Source: a virus
Lineage: Duplodnaviria > Caudoviricetes
IMG/VR virus record: IMGVR_UViG_3300031994_000058
Span: 22,688-86,687 of that record
Reading direction: 5' to 3' (one strand)
DNA length: 64,000 nucleotides
Shown: positions 9,412-17,839 of the stretch, one piece after another
Layout: the number at the start of each line of letters is the position of its first letter
Position numbering within the stretch: position 1 is the stretch's first letter
The notes under the pieces: generated by a model
Told to the model about the DNA's origin: nothing
What the model saw: the letters and a program-made list of their open reading frames with translations, nothing else
Database searches by the model: none
Made by a program: the position numbers and the translations under genes

Positions 9412-9534
9412 TTACCAACAGAAATGTCCCACAAGTAAACCAATACCAAAAGGAACGCCGAAGAGAATGACATATGCGAGAATTCGTGCAATAATATCAG
9501 TAATACTAATTTCTGGAAGTTTATCAAATTTCAT
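9412..9534 (-). CDS. 40-aa membrane peptide (below ORF-track cutoff)
   Basis: MKFDKLPEISITDIIARILAYVILFGVPFGIGLLVGHFCW; fills the gap between flanking genes. Confidence 0.55.
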   Translation of the reverse strand: MKFDKLPEISITDIIARILAYVILFGVPFGIGLLVGHFCW

Positions 9535-9537
9535 ATC

Positions 9538-9831
9538 TTACGCTCCAATCTTCAGAACTTCGTAATCAAGCCCTTCTGTAAGGGGCTCGAGCATTGCTTT
9601 GAACTCGGCATCAGAATAACTCTTCAGCTCTTTCCAGTTGAACCAGCGCTTTGTAGGAATGGGCTCCCACATAACGCCATTTACACGTACATTCAGCGCA
9701 TCCTTAAGAATCATATCCATATTATTTACCTCCTCAGATTCGGTTCGATTTCTATCGGCTCTCTCGCTAAGAAGCTCGATAGTCCTGTTCACATTGTCAT
9801 CGTTATAATCCTGATAAGTCTTAAAACTCAT
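9538..9831 (-). CDS. Hypothetical protein
   Basis: GGAGG RBS. Confidence 0.6.
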   Translation of the reverse strand: MSFKTYQDYNDDNVNRTIELLSERADRNRTESEEVNNMDMILKDALNVRVNGVMWEPIPTKRWFNWKELKSYSDAEFKAMLEPLTEGLDYEVLKIGA

Positions 9832-9848
9832 TCGTTTGCCTCCTCGAG

Positions 9849-10040
9849 CTATTCATTAAACTCTTTGCAGCAATCTGTGCAAAGCTCATATGTTTTCTTT
9901 CCGAAATATCCATCGGTAAGGTTCCATGATCCTTGGGTAATGGTGTTAAGTCCCTTAACCTTTACATTGGATCCTTGTCGATTTACCTCATAGAGGTCGA
10001 AGAATTGTCCGCATCGGTCACACTTCGCCGCTTGTGCCAT
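9849..10040 (-). CDS. Small zinc-finger protein
   Basis: MAQAAKCDRCG...ELCTDC. Confidence 0.65.
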   Translation of the reverse strand: MAQAAKCDRCGQFFDLYEVNRQGSNVKVKGLNTITQGSWNLTDGYFGKKTYELCTDCCKEFNE

Positions 10041-10384
10041 TAGAATTCCTCCTTCGGACATCTTTTAATAGTCTGATAAGAAGCGTACGGTTTATCATAG
10101 CTACCATAAGGATAGCGCCGTCTTACAGTGTCTTTTCCGTAGATACTTTCCTCAACAATTCTCGAAATACAATCCTGAATGCCTCGACGAACCTCTTCAG
10201 GAATGCATTCTTGCTTATCGATCATCGGCAAAATATCACGAAGAAACGCCACGTCTGTTTCATCACCATCAGTGAGTTCAAGCACCGTTGCAAGATTACC
10301 GAGAATGTTTCTAATGGCAGCGTTCAGACGGACATCATGATCATCGTTACGCTTCTCTGTATACTTAACAAAATTCTCCATCAT
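10040..10384 (-). CDS. Hypothetical protein
   Basis: AAAGGAGG RBS. Confidence 0.6.
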   Translation of the reverse strand: MMENFVKYTEKRNDDHDVRLNAAIRNILGNLATVLELTDGDETDVAFLRDILPMIDKQECIPEEVRRGIQDCISRIVEESIYGKDTVRRRYPYGSYDKPYASYQTIKRCPKEEF

Positions 10385-10406
10385 ATTAATATTCCTCCTT
10401 TAAATA

Positions 10407-11030
10407 TCAATAAATGAGATTGATTGTCTTCGCGGTATTACGGCTGAACTTCGAGTATGTAATGCGAACCAACGCACCAGCATACAAAGAACACCATGTT
10501 CCACGATCAATGTTAAATTGACGAAGCTCTCCTGTCGCATCGTTCATAACTGTAACATAACATCTGCACTCTCGACGAGTAATTTTTTCGTTTTCTTTAA
10601 GTCCCACATCGACAAAAGCAGGCATCGAGATTTCCTGATTTGGACCATAGGTATTTGAACGCTTCAAATTTCGCATAGGAACCCATTTCTTAATCTCGTA
10701 ATAATACTTGGTTGCATAGACAGGCTTCTCTGCGTAGGCGGTAAAACCATGCTCGTCCTTGCCAGTAGGAACCTTCTCCATCTCCTTAAACGTCCATTCA
10801 GTGCTGATAACTCTCGCGCCAGACGGAGCAGTCCATCCCGATTCCTTAACCATCTTCAGTTCTGACACTGTGACATTAGTTTCCCATCCAAGATTACGAA
10901 TCTCACCAGTGATTTCGATCGGCTGAGAATCCTTGATGAGATAAGCGAGACCGCCTGCGAGAACTCCGCAGATAGCCGTAGCAACCTTGTGCTCCTTTAC
11001 AAAGCTTACGATATTACCAAATGTACTCAT
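10407..11030 (-). CDS. Membrane-anchored hypothetical protein
   Basis: N-terminal TM (VATAICGVLAGGLAYLI) then beta-rich domain. Confidence 0.65.
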   Translation of the reverse strand: MSTFGNIVSFVKEHKVATAICGVLAGGLAYLIKDSQPIEITGEIRNLGWETNVTVSELKMVKESGWTAPSGARVISTEWTFKEMEKVPTGKDEHGFTAYAEKPVYATKYYYEIKKWVPMRNLKRSNTYGPNQEISMPAFVDVGLKENEKITRRECRCYVTVMNDATGELRQFNIDRGTWCSLYAGALVRITYSKFSRNTAKTINLIY

Positions 11031-11084
11031 AATAACTTCCTCCTTTTAGTCCGTGAGTGTTTCCTACAAAAAGAAAAAAGGAAA

Positions 11085-11188
11085 GGATGACCGAGCGGTC
11101 TTCAAAACCGCGTCTCCCGCCAGATTGACCAGCGGGCGTGTTACTCTTACCATACCATTTACGTCCCTGTCAATTCAGGAAGTCATCC
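11085..11188 (-). ncRNA. Promoter-driven tRNA-like structured small RNA (A)
   Basis: Closing stem GGATGAC/GTCATCC; arms TTCCTG/CAGGGA, CCCGC/GCGGG and GCGGT-TTTGAAG-ACCGC; U-tract at 11068-11079; promoter at 11192-11218; no convincing minus-strand ORF. Confidence 0.6.
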
Positions 11189-11280
11189 ATTCCATTAAGG
11201 CGGCTGTTTATTTTGCGAGTCGTCACTCTCATAGAGAGGGGCGTGTGGTATCGTGTCTGAAATCAGACTTTTTGCGAGTT

Positions 11281-11511
11281 TTATTCGCCGTTTACATACT
11301 CCTCGTATGAAATATAATCGTCGCCGTATTCCTTTGCGTCATCTTCGTCATACACGATGTCGATGTTTACTTCCGTCGGATCGATTCGTTCATCTGCGCA
11401 AAAGTCCTCGAACAACGTAATAGCCTCGTCTTCGGTCTTTGCGCAAAACTGAGTTCCATCTGGCCGGTCATCAATCTCCCACGAAAACTCATAGGTTTTG
11501 AACTTATCCAT
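11281..11511 (-). CDS. Acidic hypothetical protein
   Basis: Start MDKFK after GGAGG. Confidence 0.65.
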   Translation of the reverse strand: MDKFKTYEFSWEIDDRPDGTQFCAKTEDEAITLFEDFCADERIDPTEVNIDIVYDEDDAKEYGDDYISYEEYVNGE

Positions 11512-11533
11512 ATTATTTAACCTCCATTTTGAT

Positions 11534-12214
11534 TTAAATAGCAACCGGCTCCGGCAAGTCAATGATCCAAAGACCACTCATCGGAGCTCTTTTAACCGTA
11601 ATCTCAAAGTTCTTGAGATTGTCTTCGTTCCAACCCCACTTCTGTAAGATTGAATTGTTTCGCCTGTCGATGCCTTTCGCATACTCGCCACAAGCATCGT
11701 AATACTCATTGATGGAGCAGCGACCATATTCACAAATATATTCGACAATATAATTCTTAACACTTTCAGCATCGGCATATACCATCGGAATGTTCTGGAA
11801 TCCTGTCAGATAACTTGTCCGTCCATATGTAACGTTCTGTCCGAGTGGCTGATTCTGAGGCTGACGAGTGAGAGCGCTATAGTTTGTACGAGACACTCCA
11901 ACACCAAGCTTGTTCTGTCCGGTGTTAATCTTCGTATCGCCATACAGCGCCATGTCGATAGCGGCCTTTGATGCGTTCGCAACACCATCGATTACCGCAG
12001 GGAGCAACACACCAGTGATGACGAAAGCAGCTACATCCGTGGGATTTCTTCCCTGGAGAAACGTTGACTTGATTTTTCCCCAGAGTCCTGCATTCTTGGG
12101 TTTGGCTGCATCCGAGAGAATAGGACGAGGAATCTCTCGGTGTTTCTCAGCTTCTGCCTGAGCATCCTTGCTTACTTGTGAGTTGGCATACGGGTCGATC
12201 TTATGTTCTGCCAT
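11534..12214 (-). CDS. Conserved-looking phage hypothetical protein
   Basis: EYGRCSINEYYDACG...KWGW...IIDLPEPVAI; AAGGAGG RBS. Confidence 0.7.
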   Translation of the reverse strand: MAEHKIDPYANSQVSKDAQAEAEKHREIPRPILSDAAKPKNAGLWGKIKSTFLQGRNPTDVAAFVITGVLLPAVIDGVANASKAAIDMALYGDTKINTGQNKLGVGVSRTNYSALTRQPQNQPLGQNVTYGRTSYLTGFQNIPMVYADAESVKNYIVEYICEYGRCSINEYYDACGEYAKGIDRRNNSILQKWGWNEDNLKNFEITVKRAPMSGLWIIDLPEPVAI

Positions 12215-12253
12215 TTTGAATACCTCCTTATGGTTGTAAAAAATTTAAAGAAC

Positions 12254-12329
12254 GATGTAAATGACAGGATTCAAACCTGCAATCTATTGCGTTTCAGCAA
12301 TCGTGTTCCCATAACACTTCATTTACATC
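12254..12329 (-). ncRNA. tRNA-like cloverleaf RNA (B) with a 6-nt anticodon loop
   Basis: Acceptor GATGTAAATG/CATTTACATC; D arm GTGT-TATGGGA-ACAC; ATTGC-TGAAAC-GCAAT; variable AGATT; T arm GCAGG-TTTGAAT-CCTGT; no CCA. Confidence 0.7.
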
Positions 12330-12368
12330 ATTCCTACTATAGCGGTTGTAGAATTTGCGAATCACAGC

Positions 12369-13220
12369 TTACCGGTAACTGTGAAATATCGGATCGGCGT
12401 GAAGGTTAATCTTTAAACATGGAATCTCCGTATCCGGTACAAGCGCTGCATCAACAAGATTATCAACGTTAATGAGACCACTCTCGTTAATATCCCAATA
12501 GAACATATCGCCGATGTCTCTGTTTTCAGTAACACCTCTACCATTGCCAGTATCGACAGCAATCTCGTTTAGATCGGCAAGAATCTCGTTCAGACTTACC
12601 TGATCGCCATAATTCAGACGACTGTTGATGCGATTAAATACCGCCTTAACGTCATCAATCTTCGCGACAAATGGTACATTAGTATAAGGTGCTAAGAAGA
12701 TGCTGTACTGAGTATTGATCCCGACATATTCTACGGCTTTCTTATCTGGCGGATTCTTATCGACCTGATCCTGAGCAACCTTCTGGTTGATGAAGCTCAT
12801 CTTCTTTTCACCAACAACTTCCTCGGTCTTTTTCTGGAATTCCTTGAGACTCATATCAGCAATTGTGTAAGCCGCAGACAGAGCCACCTGACGCTTATCC
12901 GAAATATAATCAGACCCGATAATTGCTGCTGCTGAAAGAGCAAAGGAAAGTCCGACACCCCAATACGCAGGGATTACAGCCTTTACGGTTTCGATGGGCG
13001 TGAGTGTAATATCATCAATGTTCGTCACGCTTCCGTCTTCCGATCGATCGGCTGCTTTCTCCGCCTTAGCATTCTTGATACGAAGGTCAGCATCGTCCTT
13101 CTGTTTGATTGCCCAGATAATGGTTCCAAACATTCCGCTGATGCCAAGCGCCGTGAGAATTTTGGGACTATGCTTGACAAGTACTTTCGTCCCACTCTGC
13201 AAGATTTCGTTTACTGCCAT
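12369..13220 (-). CDS. DUF6353-like phage protein
   Basis: KHSPKILTALGISGM...IIGSDYIS.KRQVALSAAY pattern. Confidence 0.7.
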   Translation of the reverse strand: MAVNEILQSGTKVLVKHSPKILTALGISGMFGTIIWAIKQKDDADLRIKNAKAEKAADRSEDGSVTNIDDITLTPIETVKAVIPAYWGVGLSFALSAAAIIGSDYISDKRQVALSAAYTIADMSLKEFQKKTEEVVGEKKMSFINQKVAQDQVDKNPPDKKAVEYVGINTQYSIFLAPYTNVPFVAKIDDVKAVFNRINSRLNYGDQVSLNEILADLNEIAVDTGNGRGVTENRDIGDMFYWDINESGLINVDNLVDAALVPDTEIPCLKINLHADPIFHSYR

Positions 13221-13266
13221 TTTGATTTCCTCCTTGTGGTTGTGAAAAATGAAAAAGATAAAGAAC

Positions 13267-13310
13267 GATGTAAAAGGTGGGATTTGAACCCACTACATTT
13301 CATTTACATC
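13267..13310 (-). ncRNA. tRNA minihelix-like RNA (C): acceptor stem plus T arm
   Basis: GATGTAAA...GTGGG-TTCAAAT-CCCAC-C-TTTTACATC; flanks shared with element B. Confidence 0.6.
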
Positions 13311-13317
13311 ATTCCTA

Positions 13318-13701
13318 CTATGGGAGTTGTTTTGTTTGCGAGAATGGCAGTACTTTGCCTTTCCAACCATCATATCGTTCTTTATCTTTCTCAAATTCTT
13401 TCCGCACCTTTCCAAGAACATCTTCGAGAGATTCCTCGCTATTATGCGGATCATCGCCAGCATTATAAAAACTATATGCGTCAGTCATTCCGAATTCAAA
13501 TCCGCTACACCAAGGGAATAGACGAAATCGGAATCTGGGTCTCTTGTAGAATTGAGACCCAAGGACGATGTCTTCGTGTTTTAGAATTGCAAACCGTCCA
13601 TCATTAACCTTTAGCTTTTTACACGCGTGATAGTACCCTTTTGAATATCCAGAGACATACGCTTGAAATTGAAGTCTAGATTTAAGTTTCTCAAACATCA
13701 T
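13318..13701 (-). CDS. Hypothetical protein
   Basis: Start MMFEK after GAGGAGG; ends in TAG. Confidence 0.55.
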   Translation of the reverse strand: MMFEKLKSRLQFQAYVSGYSKGYYHACKKLKVNDGRFAILKHEDIVLGSQFYKRPRFRFRLFPWCSGFEFGMTDAYSFYNAGDDPHNSEESLEDVLGKVRKEFEKDKERYDGWKGKVLPFSQTKQLP

Positions 13702-14119
13702 CGTCCTCCTCGAGTGGTTCGTCGATAATGGCATCCATGGTGGAGAAAATAAGGCGAAGAATATCTTCTACCTTTCGCATAATTCGACGATTCGGGAAAT
13801 CATAAACGGTCTCCTTATCGTAAATGTTTGCGGCAATAAACTCAACCCAGCAGCCTTTTGCTCTCCACCATTTGTCGTAAAAATATACAACGTCGGCTTC
13901 TGCTAGTTTTTGGATGGATGCTCCAAGATACCATAGACGAGGGGCATTTAATGGGGCATTCTCGTGTTTAATAGTTTGAATAAGTTCGAGTTCGTCGGTC
14001 TCCTTAAGTCGCTCTTCATTTGTAAGGTCCTCTTTCAGAATCTTAAGAGCTTTACTCATATCTTCCTGTACTTCGTTGTCGGGTCGGCCATTCATTTTTA
14101 AACTGATAAACGCTTTCAT
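13691..14119 (-). CDS. Nucleoside 2-deoxyribosyltransferase-like (DUF4406-type) protein
   Basis: AFISLKMNG...LWYLGASIQKLAEADVVYF...W..AKGCWVE. Confidence 0.7.
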   Translation of the reverse strand: MKAFISLKMNGRPDNEVQEDMSKALKILKEDLTNEERLKETDELELIQTIKHENAPLNAPRLWYLGASIQKLAEADVVYFYDKWWRAKGCWVEFIAANIYDKETVYDFPNRRIMRKVEDILRLIFSTMDAIIDEPLEEDDDV

Positions 14120-14132
14120 TTTGATTTCCTCC

Positions 14133-14489
14133 TTAGTTAAAATCGACGTATTTTCTAATCATTTCGCAGATAAAGTCTTTGTCAACATCACAATCATTGT
14201 GGTAATTAGCTTCCTGCTCTTTGAATTTGTCAAATTCTTCTTTTGTCGCTCCACCATAGCACATAGCGACGAATAGGTATTGAAGAATCGCTGACGAGTG
14301 ATAAGGATACTCGACATGTAGCGGATTCTCATCATCGATATAAATCGTGAGCTCATCAATCGGAAGACCAACGCCTAATTCTCGCTCAATTGCGAGTGAG
14401 ATGTCATTGTTTTCTGGAACTTCAATTTGTTTGCAATCAAGCCGGTTTCTGTCAAGACTATAATAGTCAACAAGAACTTCTACTTTCAT
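14133..14489 (-). CDS. Hypothetical protein
   Basis: GGGAGG RBS. Confidence 0.6.
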   Translation of the reverse strand: MKVEVLVDYYSLDRNRLDCKQIEVPENNDISLAIERELGVGLPIDELTIYIDDENPLHVEYPYHSSAILQYLFVAMCYGGATKEEFDKFKEQEANYHNDCDVDKDFICEMIRKYVDFN

Positions 14490-14543
14490 ATCTGATTACC
14501 TCCCATTTTGATTTGGACAAAAAAAAAGAAAAGAGGAGAGGCA

Positions 14544-14822
14544 TTACGCCTCCGCCTCCTCTTCAGGTTCTATCTCAGTTTCCTCTTCCTCCTTCTTCAG
14601 CTCTGTTGTCACAGCCTTTCGAATCGCCATGATGCCTTCGATGCAGTCATTAGCGCCATTCATCGCCACTCCTCCCGCAGCAAACAGCAATGCGAAATAA
14701 CCAACCGCCTCGACGGGGTTAGTAATCTTTGCATCACCGTAAAGCTTGCTGCCGAGCTTGTTGGCGATAATAATGCCGCCAAGACCTGCTGTTGCATTAA
14801 TAACAACCTTCCAAGTGTTCAT
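14544..14822 (-). CDS. Small membrane protein with acidic tail
   Basis: Two hydrophobic helices, E-rich end; stop lies inside terminator GAGGCGTAATGCCTC. Confidence 0.7.
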   Translation of the reverse strand: MNTWKVVINATAGLGGIIIANKLGSKLYGDAKITNPVEAVGYFALLFAAGGVAMNGANDCIEGIMAIRKAVTTELKKEEEETEIEPEEEAEA

Positions 14823-14878
14823 AACAATACCTCCAAATAAGTAGTAGACTTTTTACAGTCCCTATTAAGAACGTTGTT

Positions 14879-15250
14879 TCATTTGCGAATTCTACCCTTC
14901 TCGTCAAGCCTTGCGATTAAACGTAAAAGTGTCATAACGTCACCATCTGTAAGATTCTCGATAACGCCGTCAGTAATCTGCGTGTCGTAACAAAGATGCC
15001 CTTCCCATGTGACTGATAACTCAAATAAATCCTTATCGGCACCGTGAGAGCCACGTTTCTTAATTACTGACGCTCCGTACTTTGTATCCGGATAGTGAAT
15101 GATGTATGCGAACCCATTGGCGTTATGCCGCGTCTCAACAAAGCACCCAAGCTTATCAAGTTCCATCCACACCTCGGGCTTGAATGGATGTAAAATAGTC
15201 GATAAGGACTGCGGCCAAGATTTAATTTCGATAGGCTTTTCTGTTGTCAT
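14879..15250 (-). CDS. Hypothetical protein
   Basis: YGASVI...SHGADKDLFELSV; GGGAGG RBS. Confidence 0.6.
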   Translation of the reverse strand: MTTEKPIEIKSWPQSLSTILHPFKPEVWMELDKLGCFVETRHNANGFAYIIHYPDTKYGASVIKKRGSHGADKDLFELSVTWEGHLCYDTQITDGVIENLTDGDVMTLLRLIARLDEKGRIRK

Positions 15251-15301
15251 AACATTTTACCTCCCATTTTGATTTGGACGAAAAAAGAAAAAGGAGAGGC
15301 A

Positions 15302-15523
15302 TTACGCCTCATCCTCGGTTTCTGTATACGCTTCTCGGATCGTTTTTGCTGTTTCAGAAGCCAACTCCTTTCCAACTCCATCAGCCTAATTAAGCTTATT
15401 ATAGAGCAGGTATCCACAGATAGCTAGTCCATGCAGACCCAGCATAACAGCGATGCCCCCATAATAATCGCCCTTTGTGTAAGGCTGCTTTGCCCACTCT
15501 CTAAAAGTCATCTTCTTTTTCAT
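15302..15523 (-). pseudogene. Small membrane protein with acidic tail, interrupted by in-frame TAG at 15386-15388
   Basis: MKKKMTFREW...GYLLYNKLN*ADGVGKELASETAKTIREAYTETEDEA; final TAA sits in the same terminator as in 14544 and 17073. Confidence 0.6.
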
Positions 15524-15685
15524 ATTAACTCCTCCTCAAATATGTATATAGGGTTTTCACCTCTATAAGGAGAGCTGTTTCGTTTGTGAGGCGTCACTCT
15601 CGTAGAGATGGGCGTGTAGTATCGTGTCTGGAAACAGACCTTTTGCGAAAAAAGAGGATGGCTGTAAAACCACCCTCGCACGAAA

Positions 15686-16147
15686 TCACATCGTATCGTG
15701 GAAGCACGTGCCGTCTTTGTATGCCATTGATCCAAGATAGTTATCCGGACTATCGACACCCTCGTCGGTGCCAAAGTTCGTTATACAACTATACTCGATT
15801 CCATGATCTTTACAAATCTGGTCCACTTCCTTAAACTTCTCTATAATATCATGCTCAGCCTGTTCCCAGCCAACCTCCTGTTTGATAAGTTCACAAAGTT
15901 CTTCATCATCACACGTTGCATCAGACGAAGGCAAGTCTTTTGCGATATCGAGTTTCGTGACATCGCTAAATTCCTCATCAATCGAATCTGCGGCTTTCTT
16001 AAAGAGTACAATACCGCCGACCGTTACAGCCGTACCGATTGCAATCTTAATCAAGCCACTCTTATGCTCGACGACAAACGTCTTTGCTTTGTCCTTAACC
16101 TCTGATACCTTTTCCTTGAAAGTCTTCTTTTCCTTCTTCTCATCCAT
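15686..16147 (-). CDS. Membrane-anchored acidic hypothetical protein
   Basis: Start MDEKK; TM IAIGTAVTVGGIVLF. Confidence 0.65.
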   Translation of the reverse strand: MDEKKEKKTFKEKVSEVKDKAKTFVVEHKSGLIKIAIGTAVTVGGIVLFKKAADSIDEEFSDVTKLDIAKDLPSSDATCDDEELCELIKQEVGWEQAEHDIIEKFKEVDQICKDHGIEYSCITNFGTDEGVDSPDNYLGSMAYKDGTCFHDTM

Positions 16148-16271
16148 AATGGATTCCTCCTTTAAAGATTTTTGTGGTTTACTTACCATTAAGGCAGGTG
16201 TCCCATTTGCGAGATTTACTGCCATTTTGAAAAAAAAAGGAAAGGACGTTGTGTCCAATCCTTTTTGCGGG

Positions 16272-16652
16272 TTATTTCTTGAGCACCCGCATGCTCTTTA
16301 AGATGTCCTCCGTAAACTCGCCATCCCGCTTCCTTCGAGAAATTTCTATTCTCTCGTCGTTCGTAAGCTTCCGCTTAAGCTCCCAGTGAAATCCGCTCGA
16401 GGGATCGTAATAACACTTTCCCATTCTGTCCTCATGCCGATCCGCCGCACTGCCTCGAACCGTTCTAATAAACTTAACGGTTCCCGTCGCAATAGCAAGC
16501 ACAACCGGTGTGAGTTTCAGAATTGTTTCTGCGTGATCCATAATCCATCTTCCAGCTTCACCAGCCTTGTTCTTAAGCTTCGTCTTCGCATCCGAGAATT
16601 TGTCTCTGAGTTTCTCCATAAAGCTTCTGGTATCATTCACAACAATATTCAT
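16272..16652 (-). CDS. Membrane-anchored hypothetical protein
   Basis: AAGGAGG RBS overlapping promoter 16666-16692; terminator 16244-16256. Confidence 0.65.
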   Translation of the reverse strand: MNIVVNDTRSFMEKLRDKFSDAKTKLKNKAGEAGRWIMDHAETILKLTPVVLAIATGTVKFIRTVRGSAADRHEDRMGKCYYDPSSGFHWELKRKLTNDERIEISRRKRDGEFTEDILKSMRVLKK

Positions 16653-16736
16653 ATAGAACACCTCCTTATTAAGGTGCGTGTTTCATTTGCGAGAAAAAAA
16701 AGGAAAGGGCATTGCGCCCGAATCCTTTATGCGTTT

Positions 16737-16820
16737 TTATTTCTTCTTTTCATCTCGACCACGCATTATAATCGAGATGAAGATTAAGATTACGGCTGCA
16801 ATCAAAAGCATGTCTGCCAT
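16737..16820 (-). CDS. 27-aa membrane peptide
   Basis: MADMLLIAAVILIFISIIMRGRDEKKK; AAGGAGG RBS; terminator 16707-16719. Confidence 0.55.
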   Translation of the reverse strand: MADMLLIAAVILIFISIIMRGRDEKKK

Positions 16821-16991
16821 TTAATCAACCTCCTTTTCCTTTTTCTTGTGAGCGCCGAACATAAATCTCACCAGCGCTATTAGCTCTCGGATAATTAGTA
16901 GCAGCACTACCAACGCTCCGATGAGCAATAATATGCCAGCCAGACCTAAGCCCAGCAAACCAAGCAGAATTCCGGTTAATGTTTCTAACAT
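16821..16991 (-). CDS. 56-aa very hydrophobic membrane protein
   Basis: MLETLTGILLGLLGLGLAGILLLIGALVVLLLIIRELIALVRFMFGAHKKKEKEVD; AAAGGAGG RBS. Confidence 0.65.
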   Translation of the reverse strand: MLETLTGILLGLLGLGLAGILLLIGALVVLLLIIRELIALVRFMFGAHKKKEKEVD

Positions 16992-17072
16992 ACTATTTCC
17001 TCCTTTGCCATATCTTCTATAAGGAGGCGTGTCTAGTTTGCGAGAAAAATATAAAAGAAAAAGGAAGAGGCA

Positions 17073-17354
17073 TTACGCCTCAACCTCCTGTTCTGTCGGA
17101 GTTTCCGTTTCTACCGCCGGTTCTGTCGGAACTTCTTCCGTTTCAGTCCCCGCAACATCTTTCGCTTCGGCTTCAACGACGCCTGGGTCGTCGGGCTTGA
17201 TCGCATCCGTCGGAATCGACACTGCATTACGTCCTTCCAGAGCATTCATGCCCTTGTCCATAATAGCGCCGATAACAATGCCACCAAGACCCATTCCCAT
17301 AGCCTTGAGTCCGGTCTTAGCGATTTTCGTTGCAATACCGCTGAAATTAATCAT
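17073..17354 (-). CDS. Small membrane protein with acidic tail
   Basis: Gly-rich hydrophobic helix, E/T/P-rich tail; stop inside terminator 17067-17081. Confidence 0.7.
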   Translation of the reverse strand: MINFSGIATKIAKTGLKAMGMGLGGIVIGAIMDKGMNALEGRNAVSIPTDAIKPDDPGVVEAEAKDVAGTETEEVPTEPAVETETPTEQEVEA

Positions 17355-17584
17355 ACTTATTCCTCCTTAAAATCCGGGTAGACCTCTCTGGTCTCCTCTA
17401 TAAGGAGAACTGTTTCGTTTGCGAGTCGTCACTCTCATAGAGAGGGGCGTGTAGTATCGTGTCTGGAATCAGACCTTTTGCGAGAAAAAAAGAAAAAACC
17501 TAAACAAGCGGCATAACTTCATCCTAGCAGCATAGCCTTTCGCCGTGCCAAGATTACGTGTTACCCTCTTGTTAGGTTCTTGGT

Positions 17585-17713
17585 TTACTTATTATACATT
17601 CTTACAATTATTGCCATGCCTTTAGTCTCAATCTTGTAATGGTCAAACTTGGTGCTGAATCGCTCGATCAGCTCATAAGCCTGGTCCATCGAAAAAACTG
17701 TAATTGTTAACAT
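17585..17713 (-). CDS. 42-aa hypothetical protein
   Basis: MLTITVFSMDQAYELIERFSTKFDHYKIETKGMAIIVRMYNK; AAAGGAGG RBS; own promoter 17754-17780. Confidence 0.6.
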   Translation of the reverse strand: MLTITVFSMDQAYELIERFSTKFDHYKIETKGMAIIVRMYNK

Positions 17714-17839
17714 AACAATACCTCCTTTAGATATGTATAGGTTTATATTCCTTCTATAATATACCTTGCAAATATTGCGAGGGTGTATTTTACTGCCATT
17801 TTGAAAAAAAGAAGGGCCCTGTTTAAGAGCCCACTTCTT

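Noticed and set aside
11085-13310. Calling the tRNA-like elements functional decoding tRNAs
   Set aside because: Anticodon loops are 6 or 11 nt or absent, and none encodes CCA; reported as tRNA-like ncRNAs instead.
15386-15388. Genome-wide TAG recoding (alternative genetic code)
   Set aside because: Very long genes (TMP 2392 aa, Tal 1135 aa) are uninterrupted under code 11; only one internal TAG was seen; no suppressor tRNA is evident.
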